From positions 805 through 64,804 of IMG/VR virus record IMGVR_UViG_3300025697_000023: 64,000 nucleotides of DNA; one strand, given 5' to 3'. Origin of the DNA: a virus (taxonomy: Duplodnaviria > Caudoviricetes). Under the pieces are notes generated by a model. It did not search any database. It saw only the letters and a list, made by a program, of their open reading frames with translations, and had not been told where the DNA came from. The position numbers were made by a program, and so were the translations under genes. Positions 57,160-64,000 of this stretch are shown here, in pieces; the stretch's first letter is position 1; every line of letters starts with the position of its first letter.

Positions 57160-57801
57160 ATGAAGTTTATTCCTGTCGAAAATGTTACTAAAGCTAGAGT
57201 AGTAATCCGTACAATCCTTATGGAAGACGGGTTGCCTCTTACTTTTGCTCCTGGAGAAACCAAAGAGGTTCTTGAGTCGGTTGCCAGACACCCGGCACTA
57301 CAGCGGTATGTTGGACGAGCATTAAAAGTTCCTCCGATGGCACCTCCCAAACCTGTAGCTCCCAAACCTGTAGCTCCCAAACCTGTAGCTCCCAAACCAG
57401 TGGTACCTCCTAAAGTAATCGCTCCCCCGATTATAGAAGAGCCCGAGGTGGAAGAGCCTCCAGTAGTAGAAGAGCCTCCAGTAGTAGAAGAGCCTCCGGT
57501 AGTAGAAGAGCCTCCGGTAGTAGAAGAGCCTCCGGTAGTAGAAGAGCCTCCGGTAGTAGAAGAGCCTCCGGTAGTAGAAGAGCCTCCGGTGGAAAAAACT
57601 GCTTTAGAGGATAATAAGAATACAGACAACCGCGAACTCTATCTCGAGGCCCCGGGTGTTACTGAAAATAATGTTGATGCTGTTCTCGAACAGTATCCTG
57701 CCATCGAAGATCTTGTGGACGCAGATGACGATGTACTTCTTGATTGTGGAGTTTCCAGGAGTTACATCAATCGCGTTCTCGAGTGGGCTTCCTCTAAATA
57801 A
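57160..57801 (+). CDS. Pro/Glu-repeat protein with C-terminal HhH-like domain
   Basis: PKPVA and EEPPVV repeats; C-terminal APGV...L.DCGVS segment. Confidence 0.7.
   Translation: MKFIPVENVTKARVVIRTILMEDGLPLTFAPGETKEVLESVARHPALQRYVGRALKVPPMAPPKPVAPKPVAPKPVAPKPVVPPKVIAPPIIEEPEVEEPPVVEEPPVVEEPPVVEEPPVVEEPPVVEEPPVVEEPPVVEEPPVEKTALEDNKNTDNRELYLEAPGVTENNVDAVLEQYPAIEDLVDADDDVLLDCGVSRSYINRVLEWASSK
57346..57591 (+). repeat. coding tandem repeats: 15-bp x3 (cccaaacctgtagct) and 18-bp x8 (gaagagcctccRgtagta)
   Basis: Directly visible; the 18-bp array spans 57451-57591. Confidence 0.9.
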
Positions 57802-57849
57802 TTTTCATTTCTAGAAGACGACTCCCTGATATTTTTCTAAAATAATGGC

Positions 57850-57878
57850 TTGTTAGGTCCCCTAATAGTCCCTATATT
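57850..57878 (+). promoter_or_regulatory. sigma70-like promoter TTGTTA-17-TATATT with GTCCC(C)TA direct repeats
   Basis: 17-nt spacer; ATG of the RHH gene lies 7 nt after the -10 element. Confidence 0.5.
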
Positions 57879-57884
57879 AGTAGT

Positions 57885-58052
57885 ATGGGAAAAAAACAAA
57901 CCAAGTTATATTTTGATACCGACATCTGGAAATGGCTCAAAAAAGAATCCGCACTACGCCGTTGTTCTGTTTCTGAATTAGTACGTCGTCTTGCTTTGGC
58001 TGAAATGGCCAAACAAGTTACTACTATTCAGAAGAAAACAATCTACTCTTAA
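57885..58052 (+). CDS. ribbon-helix-helix (CopG-like) protein, 55 aa (not in ORF track)
   Basis: KQTKLYFDTDIWKWLKKESALRRCSVSELVRRL fits the RHH pattern. Confidence 0.7.
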   Translation: MGKKQTKLYFDTDIWKWLKKESALRRCSVSELVRRLALAEMAKQVTTIQKKTIYS

Positions 58053-58127
58053 GACCTATATTAAAAACTTACTTTTAGTATCGAAACTACACCCTATAAT
58101 TCTTATTGAAAGAACCACGGGTGTATC

Positions 58128-58400
58128 TTGACTACGAGAATTGATCAGAATTATCCTACCCCCAACTTCCTTCTTGCTGAGGACGAAGACAGTAATCCTC
58201 TGCAGGCTGTTCGTATAAAAATCTTCGATAAAACCGAATTTGATGACGGTAACATCCATACCTGGGAAGCGGAAACTATAACAAATATCGATGGAAAATG
58301 GATCGATCCAGTATACTTGAGTGAGGGGTATGAGTGGGTAGTAGAGTTTTCACGCACGACTACACACGAGACTGTTTATGTTAATATTAGCACGGTGTAA
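58128..58400 (+). CDS. small beta-sandwich-like protein (paralog of the next gene)
   Basis: YPT....D....PL..V.I..F..TEF.....AETIT...G.W shared with 58403. Confidence 0.6.
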   Translation: MTTRIDQNYPTPNFLLAEDEDSNPLQAVRIKIFDKTEFDDGNIHTWEAETITNIDGKWIDPVYLSEGYEWVVEFSRTTTHETVYVNISTV

Positions 58401-58402
58401 AT

Positions 58403-58666
58403 ATGACTGTTGCAGTAAATCATGACTACCCTACCTCAGGGGCTCTCAAGGCGGTCGACGCCCAGAATGAGCCGTTGGGAGATGTAGTTATCCGTGTTTT
58501 TAACATGACAGAATTTGAAGCGGCGGAGGGAACTTCTATAGCAGAAACTATTACAGACAGTAACGGTGAGTGGGTTGATACTTTAACTCTGGCAGATAGT
58601 CGTACTTGGATTATTCATTTTCAAAAAACAGGGTATGGTCCCGTACACGAAGAAATCACAACATGA
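58403..58666 (+). CDS. small beta-sandwich-like protein
   Basis: Paralog of 58128..58400. Confidence 0.6.
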   Translation: MTVAVNHDYPTSGALKAVDAQNEPLGDVVIRVFNMTEFEAAEGTSIAETITDSNGEWVDTLTLADSRTWIIHFQKTGYGPVHEEITT

Positions 58667-58674
58667 GGTAACCT

Positions 58675-59067
58675 ATGGACTTAATTACAGCTACAGATGC
58701 TCCAGTTCTTGTCGGACTTATTGTACTCTCAATCACGTTAGTTCGGATAGTAGAAACGTTAATCACGAAAAAAATGAGTAAGCGTAATGGGACTTCTATG
58801 AACCCCGGGCCGAGTGGGCTTACTGCGGAAGAACATGACGCCCTAGTCCGTTTAGACATATCTCACGCAAAATATGATTCAGACGGTACCCCTCTCTGGT
58901 ATGTCCCGCGTTCCTGGGCTGATACACAAGAGAAGATAACAGTAATGTTACTTAAGATGGCTGAAACCCTTAATACAATCTCAGGTACGCAAAAGGCAAT
59001 TGTCAGAACCCTTGACCGGATGGATGATGTCTCCCGGCGAGTTGATCTTACGGCTGAAAGACACTAA
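58675..59067 (+). CDS. single-TM membrane protein (possible holin)
   Basis: N-terminal hydrophobic helix PVLVGLIVLSITLVRIV, then a coiled region. Confidence 0.45.
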   Translation: MDLITATDAPVLVGLIVLSITLVRIVETLITKKMSKRNGTSMNPGPSGLTAEEHDALVRLDISHAKYDSDGTPLWYVPRSWADTQEKITVMLLKMAETLNTISGTQKAIVRTLDRMDDVSRRVDLTAERH

Positions 59068-59103
59068 TATTAGGTCGTATCCTTTGTTTAGGAGAAACAC
59101 AGT

Positions 59104-59901
59104 ATGAAAACCATACCTATTGGAACTAGTCCCGCCGGGGTTAGACAGGAAATTCTTTTAGCCTCTCAGGTAGGAGGTACGCTGCCGGTAAGAACTATCG
59201 CAGGTCCTATTATATACGCAGAACCGGAACCTCTATCTTATAGTGGCGGGATTTATGAATACGGGGAAGTAAGAAAGTATCTTGTTCTCGGGGATCCCGC
59301 TGTTCCCGGAGGATTTATTACTCTCAGGTATTTGCCTCAGTCTATCGTTACGGGGCCCGCGGATGATTGGAAGTGCTCCATAATTGTTTTAGACGGCGCC
59401 GCAGAAGGCGTGGAAGTCCGAAATGCTCAAGTAATTATTACTCTTAATACTGGAGTATCTACCTACGCTTCGGTATACGCCACCTTAGTTGGAGACGCGT
59501 TGTTTGCTAGTAAAATTATAGCAATTTTAGACGGCGCCGGGGGTGTTGCTGCTATCGCCCAGACAGAACAAACATTCTATAACCCCTCAGATACTCCCGT
59601 AGTTTTATCTGACGGCGGTCTTTTTAGGTTCGGAGAGCTATACCCGGAGTTAATGGCAATACACCTCGAGTTAGGAGCCGCCAGCGTCGTTACAATTAGT
59701 GTGACTGATGCAGACGGAGTATCTCATCCTCGTAATCTCAATACAGGCGTAAGTGGCGCTGCTGATTATTATGTTTACCCCGCGGCTACTGTACCTATAC
59801 TCCCGAATCAATGTGTAGTTATCACGGAAACTGTGAACGGTGTTCCTGTTCTCATTAATAAGTTTATCACTCTTTACGCCGTAACGGGTCGCCGAAGATG
59901 A
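59104..59901 (+). CDS. hypothetical structural protein
   Basis: Beta-rich ORF with AGGAG SD in the neck region. Confidence 0.55.
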   Translation: MKTIPIGTSPAGVRQEILLASQVGGTLPVRTIAGPIIYAEPEPLSYSGGIYEYGEVRKYLVLGDPAVPGGFITLRYLPQSIVTGPADDWKCSIIVLDGAAEGVEVRNAQVIITLNTGVSTYASVYATLVGDALFASKIIAILDGAGGVAAIAQTEQTFYNPSDTPVVLSDGGLFRFGELYPELMAIHLELGAASVVTISVTDADGVSHPRNLNTGVSGAADYYVYPAATVPILPNQCVVITETVNGVPVLINKFITLYAVTGRRR

Positions 59902-60368
59902 CACAACTTCCAGCAGGGGCCACTCCATTAACTGTTGATGAGATCCGGATGTTTCTCCGGGATCAACCAGGTCAAAATATTCTGACAGATGATATAGAAT
60001 TTAGTAATGAGGATATAAATCTGGCGATAAAATTCGTTCTTATGAAATACAATGCGATGACCCCGCAGACATACCACGCATCACCTGTTAATCTTAACGG
60101 ATATCTATTACTAATAGGGGTATGTGGGATACTGTTCCGCTCTGAGGGTGCTCGACAATTACGTAATCAAGTACTCTCTAAAGATGGTAATATTGCTCCC
60201 ATAGGCCTGGATGAAAAACAAGAGCTATATTCTTCCTGGGCAGAACGTTTTGATAAAGAATGGCATGAAATGGCTAGAGCTATCAAAACGCAGAATAATA
60301 TGGAAGCCGCGTACGGCGGAACTAGTTCCGGATATGCTTACCTAGGACGATTTGGTTACAGTTTTTAA
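59898..60368 (+). CDS. putative head-tail connector (neck) protein
   Basis: IRMFLRD...FSNEDI..AI pattern; size and position fit. Confidence 0.5.
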   Translation: MTQLPAGATPLTVDEIRMFLRDQPGQNILTDDIEFSNEDINLAIKFVLMKYNAMTPQTYHASPVNLNGYLLLIGVCGILFRSEGARQLRNQVLSKDGNIAPIGLDEKQELYSSWAERFDKEWHEMARAIKTQNNMEAAYGGTSSGYAYLGRFGYSF

Positions 60369-60901
60369 TGGAGGAAGATATGAACAAAGAACTTCGTGAA
60401 AAAGTAGCAGCATTTATAGAACATACGGGAGTGCTTAAGGAAGCTAGGCTGGGACAGCTCGCAAGCCGAGCAGGCGCCATGGCATCAAGAGCCCGTGGAC
60501 CCATGGCGGGAGTTGCTGCTGGGGCTGGTGGTGTTCTCGGATTAAGTGCAATGGGACAGCAAGATCAGCAGACACAGCAGGCTGCGGCGGAAATGCGTCA
60601 GCTTCTGGAAGCTTATCCGGAACTTATTTATGAAATTCCAGGGATAGGTGGAGGTCAAGAACAGGGTATGGAAATGATGCCGCCGGGAATGGGGGGAGGT
60701 CCGGGACAGGGTATGGGAATGGGTCAACCTGGAATGGGCCCGGGCGCAGGACCTGGCGGTGGTGAAATGGACGGAGGCGGTATTCCTCCTGAACTTCTGA
60801 TGATACTGCAACAGCAGGCGGCACAGCAACAGCAACAGCAACAGCAGATGCCCCAGCAGCAACAGGATAGTGGCCAAGGCGGGTACCCGGGAGGCTACTA
60901 A
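60368..60901 (+). CDS. low-complexity Gly/Met/Gln-rich protein with a hydrophobic segment
   Basis: EKVAA, AGVAAGAGGVLGL, poly-Gln tract. Confidence 0.6.
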   Translation: MEEDMNKELREKVAAFIEHTGVLKEARLGQLASRAGAMASRARGPMAGVAAGAGGVLGLSAMGQQDQQTQQAAAEMRQLLEAYPELIYEIPGIGGGQEQGMEMMPPGMGGGPGQGMGMGQPGMGPGAGPGGGEMDGGGIPPELLMILQQQAAQQQQQQQQMPQQQQDSGQGGYPGGY

Positions 60902-60916
60902 GCTAGGAGAAATACG

Positions 60917-61126
60917 ATGAAAAAGACAGCAAATCAGATAGCCGATTATGTTCTTCAGAAGGTTGCTAAAGATATTACCACTATGCCTATGAAGCACGTA
61001 ACAGGTACTCCGCCTCCAGTCACCAAGATGCCTCTAAAAAATGTAAAGGGCACACCGCCACGTAAGGGTAGCCCCAACAATCCTGTTAAAATGCCAGGAA
61101 TTACTACGATACGTGGCGGTCAGTAA
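60917..61126 (+). CDS. small basic protein with MKKTANQIAD leader
   Basis: AGGAGA SD; repeated (T/K)MP..V.GTPP units. Confidence 0.65.
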   Translation: MKKTANQIADYVLQKVAKDITTMPMKHVTGTPPPVTKMPLKNVKGTPPRKGSPNNPVKMPGITTIRGGQ

Positions 61127-61151
61127 CAGTAGCGAGGGGCCTTGAACTATA

Positions 61152-62033
61152 ATGGGAAAACCAACTTCACTCACCTACGGGAAGGAAGCAACCCCACCTT
61201 CGAAGGTTCTTGCTGCGAATCTTAGTGTTACAATCACTCGAGTAGTCGCTTCTTCCCCCAGAAAAGTATATATTCAGTGGTTAATACGTCATGTAGGACA
61301 AGCTTCAGGTTTTACTTTTCAAGTATATTGTTCGGGTTCTTCCGAGGGTCCTTGGGAACACATCGGAGTAGACCTCGTTGATACTTATTTTTTTGTTGAT
61401 GAAGCATTTCCGGCGACTAATGACCGGTCGAATGCAGGACTCTTTTCTCTCCATAGGATTGTTTATTATAAAGTTACTGTTGACGACGGGGTTGTGTCTA
61501 CCGCTGAAACAGTTAAAAAACTTGAAGGAGGTTTAGACCGTCGTCGCCGTGGAATCCACAGAAAGTTAGTACGAGACGCGGAGATATATCTTCGAAAAGT
61601 GGGGGGGACACAGGTTGCAATATTCAAACGTCGTAGATGGGGAACTCCTTGTCCGGATTGCCAGGCTAAAACAGGACAAACAACGTTATCTCATTGTTCC
61701 ACGTGTCTAGGGACCGGTATTCAATACGGCTATTGGAATCCCGTGTATGGGTATGCCCAGCGAAAAGTGGCACCAATTACTATACATACTAGTGTTCAGG
61801 GGGACGTAGAATCTCATCGTATCGAAGTGTACATGATGAACATTCCGCAGGTAGAGCCTAAGGATGTCCTTGCATTTTTACGTGATGGTAAATACTTTAG
61901 TGTCGAGCAGGTAGTTCCTACTCAGATACAAGTTAACGACGTACATCAAGAATTAATCGTTTCTGAACTTTCACCGGGCTCCGTGGAGTATAATTTAGTA
62001 GCTGACCCGTGGCATGATCCGCCATGGTTCTAG
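61152..62033 (+). CDS. putative neck/head-completion protein (FN3-like N-terminus, Zn motif)
   Basis: YIQW...FQVY.S....GPW...YYKV; CPDC...CSTCLGTG. Confidence 0.5.
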   Translation: MGKPTSLTYGKEATPPSKVLAANLSVTITRVVASSPRKVYIQWLIRHVGQASGFTFQVYCSGSSEGPWEHIGVDLVDTYFFVDEAFPATNDRSNAGLFSLHRIVYYKVTVDDGVVSTAETVKKLEGGLDRRRRGIHRKLVRDAEIYLRKVGGTQVAIFKRRRWGTPCPDCQAKTGQTTLSHCSTCLGTGIQYGYWNPVYGYAQRKVAPITIHTSVQGDVESHRIEVYMMNIPQVEPKDVLAFLRDGKYFSVEQVVPTQIQVNDVHQELIVSELSPGSVEYNLVADPWHDPPWF

Positions 62034-62042
62034 GAGGATAAT

Positions 62043-62207
62043 ATGAAGAAAATAGTAGAGCAAGATCGGGAATTAAAAGCCCTGGATGTCTTTGAGTCTA
62101 AAGACTGTGAGACTAAAAAAGTAGCTTATAATATCTTTGAACTCTACCGACCTATGGTCAACGGAGACGTTATCAGAATAAGAAGTGCGGTAACTCATGG
62201 AAAATGA
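62043..62207 (+). CDS. 54-aa protein (not in ORF track)
   Basis: AGGAGG SD; MKKIVEQDRELKALDVFESKDCETKKVAY... Confidence 0.55.
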   Translation: MKKIVEQDRELKALDVFESKDCETKKVAYNIFELYRPMVNGDVIRIRSAVTHGK

Positions 62208-62541
62208 AATTCTAAAAGTAGCGTATGCTGAGGGCTGCCGTCTTGCACTTTTGGATGCAGGTTACGACGTAAAGACAGCCGAGAACATGAGCGAGGACAT
62301 CACTGAAAAGATGACTCCTACAGTGCCCAACCAATTTAATCCCGTGATTGGCTTGGGGAAGAAGCCAACGAAGAAGTTGGAGAAAAAAGCAAAGGCCGAG
62401 CAGGCGCTTCTCAAGAAGTGGCTTGCGAGTATTGCCAAGAAGGGTGGTCCTAGTGCTGCCAAGGATTCCAAGATAGTGAAGGATATGCTAGCCATGGAAA
62501 AAGATGTTGCTTCCAAGATTCCTAAGATACCCAAGAAATAA
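62197..62541 (+). CDS. Lys-rich small protein with EILKVAYAEG leader
   Basis: Leader shared with 44968..45342. Confidence 0.65.
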   Translation: MENEILKVAYAEGCRLALLDAGYDVKTAENMSEDITEKMTPTVPNQFNPVIGLGKKPTKKLEKKAKAEQALLKKWLASIAKKGGPSAAKDSKIVKDMLAMEKDVASKIPKIPKK

Positions 62542-63273
62542 ATGGCAGGCATTATCCAAACTGACGAGGGCCTTCGCGGTAAGCTTCCTCGATTAGCGGG
62601 AGAGAGTCCTAATGTGGCTCCCGGAACTCCTCTTGCACTAATTGGTCTTTGGATTGTAGCGCTTCGACACAGGTTTTCCTCTGATCCTAATGAGCCTCTT
62701 CCTTGGATTTGGAGCCCGGATTTAAAATCAGAAGCAGCCGAAGATGGCTTTCCCCTTCCAGATGGAAGTCCCCGTAAACTTTTTATCGGCGCAGCTTATG
62801 ACGTAGAAAAATCAGTACGAAATTACCGTCCTGCAATCTACGTAGACCGTGGGGATATAACGGTCCCTAAACTTATAATCGATGACCATGTAGGACAGCA
62901 ACTTTCAACCTCTCTCAAAGGTTTTTGGGCTCTTGCCAATATTCCTATTACTTTTTATTGTGAGTCTGAGAACGCGGGGGAATCAAGCCTTATAGCAGAC
63001 ACCGTTTGGTTCTATATTTTAGCCACAAGGGACATTTTTCGTGAGAGCTTTGGGTTGTATGATATCTCGCATCCTGTAATGGGAGCTACAAAGCCTACGG
63101 AAGAAGATAAAGAGGTTTGGATAACACCGGTTAGCTTCGAGGTGCAATTAGACTTAAGATGGTCGACGAGGCCTATCGCGCCTTTAGTACGTGAAATCAC
63201 ACAACATATCCAAGAGAAAAAAAACCCTGACGAGTTCTACCATGAGATCGTACTTCGGGATTTGGAAAAGTAG
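62542..63273 (+). CDS. putative tail terminator/completion protein
   Basis: RPAIYVDRG; lies immediately before the sheath candidate. Confidence 0.45.
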   Translation: MAGIIQTDEGLRGKLPRLAGESPNVAPGTPLALIGLWIVALRHRFSSDPNEPLPWIWSPDLKSEAAEDGFPLPDGSPRKLFIGAAYDVEKSVRNYRPAIYVDRGDITVPKLIIDDHVGQQLSTSLKGFWALANIPITFYCESENAGESSLIADTVWFYILATRDIFRESFGLYDISHPVMGATKPTEEDKEVWITPVSFEVQLDLRWSTRPIAPLVREITQHIQEKKNPDEFYHEIVLRDLEK

Positions 63274-63334
63274 CCGTATAATTGGACGAATGTAGAACGT
63301 GATTGTGCGTGATGGTATCTAAGGAGAATTTATT

Positions 63335-64000
63335 ATGACAGCTCAGAGGCCAAATGTTGTCGTTTCCCAGGATTTTGCGGAACTAACAGTTACTCCTGAC
63401 ACTCCCGACCTGGATGTCCTCATTGTTGGCCCCTGCTATCAAATCCTTGATTATCTGGATGATAAGGATGACTGCTACGGAGCAGAGTATGGTGCTGAGG
63501 ACCAAAATTGGATTGACTGGATTGCTACGCCTCCTCCTGCTGTTGTTATGTCTGATCCTCCGAATGTAGAGCCCGGGGCGGTATTGGATGCTACCAGCGT
63601 CAGTATTTTCTTGGATGAAGTACGCGCAGTTTTAGTCCAGTGGTCAGCAATAGCTGAAGACTGTACTTACTGGGTATCCGACAACCTTTTTGTTGGTGGT
63701 GCTGCTGGGGCCTATGCCGGAACACACTTCGGAGGCGCTAACGTACAAGCCGGAGATATTCTTATAGCACAGGCTACAGCTACCGCTGATTATAAGAAAA
63801 CCGTAAAAGAACTTGCCTACACGTTTACAGCTAGTGCTGGAGGAACCACTATTAACGGATTTGACGTCTCCGGTGTAATTGCTGGGGATATCATCGAAAT
63901 AATGGATGATGCCGCAGGTACAGTCCGTAATGGTTTCTACACTGTTAAACAGGCTTATGTTCTTGGTGGCGCTGTACAGCCTATGGTTATTGAGATTGAA
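63335..64000 (+). CDS. probable tail sheath protein, N-terminal part (runs off the window)
   Basis: AAGGAG SD; MTAQRPNVVVSQDF...LIVGPCYQ resembles sheath N-termini; frame appears open to the window end. Confidence 0.5.
   Translation, partial: MTAQRPNVVVSQDFAELTVTPDTPDLDVLIVGPCYQILDYLDDKDDCYGAEYGAEDQNWIDWIATPPPAVVMSDPPNVEPGAVLDATSVSIFLDEVRAVLVQWSAIAEDCTYWVSDNLFVGGAAGAYAGTHFGGANVQAGDILIAQATATADYKKTVKELAYTFTASAGGTTINGFDVSGVIAGDIIEIMDDAAGTVRNGFYTVKQAYVLGGAVQPMVIEIE

Noticed and set aside
57346-57591. Possible CRISPR array
   Set aside because: The repeats are contiguous, have no unique spacers and are in-frame coding repeats.
56934-57629. Minus-strand 231-aa ORF with STTGGS repeats, and other antisense ORFs in the track (e.g. 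50261-50860, 51908-52603, 54489-55070)
   Set aside because: These are shadow frames of well-supported genes on the opposite strand, with no SD or recognisable motifs.
1-64000. Stop-codon reassignment as seen in some large phages
   Set aside because: Genes are full length in the standard code, and TAG, TGA and TAA all end tightly packed genes.

Overview
The whole window reads as part of a large tailed (myovirus-like) bacteriophage genome in the standard genetic code, very densely packed. The minus strand carries replication and metabolism genes: class II RNR with intein, RuvC-like resolvase, a retron-type reverse transcriptase, a VWA/metallopeptidase and MoxR AAA pair, UDG-fused DNA polymerase A with mini-intein, primase-helicase, two Cas4/RecB-like nucleases, ParB-like protein, amidase and SNF2 helicase. 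The plus strand carries transcription and morphogenesis genes: terminase, a Zn-ribbon sigma-70 factor, probable portal, a bacterial-type RNA polymerase encoded as a beta/beta'-N fusion plus a separate beta'-C gene, a LigD-like Pol-PE protein, prohead protease, capsid, neck genes and the start of a probable tail sheath. In the left half the two sets are interleaved. The best candidate for an undescribed system is a minus-strand RT module: a ~240-nt highly structured non-coding element with its own promoter-like motif, then (skipping interleaved plus-strand genes) AAA, VWA-peptidase, Cys-rich ORF, retron-like RT with a putative Zn-binding insert, and a second Cys-rich ORF. Other notable signals are the fused-and-split RNAP, a pervasive K-x-A-(A/S) motif and shared leader peptides in head-module proteins, and a 12-codon mini-ORF with its own promoter-like motif, SD and terminator. 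All calls come from motif recognition by eye; no searches or folding programs were run.
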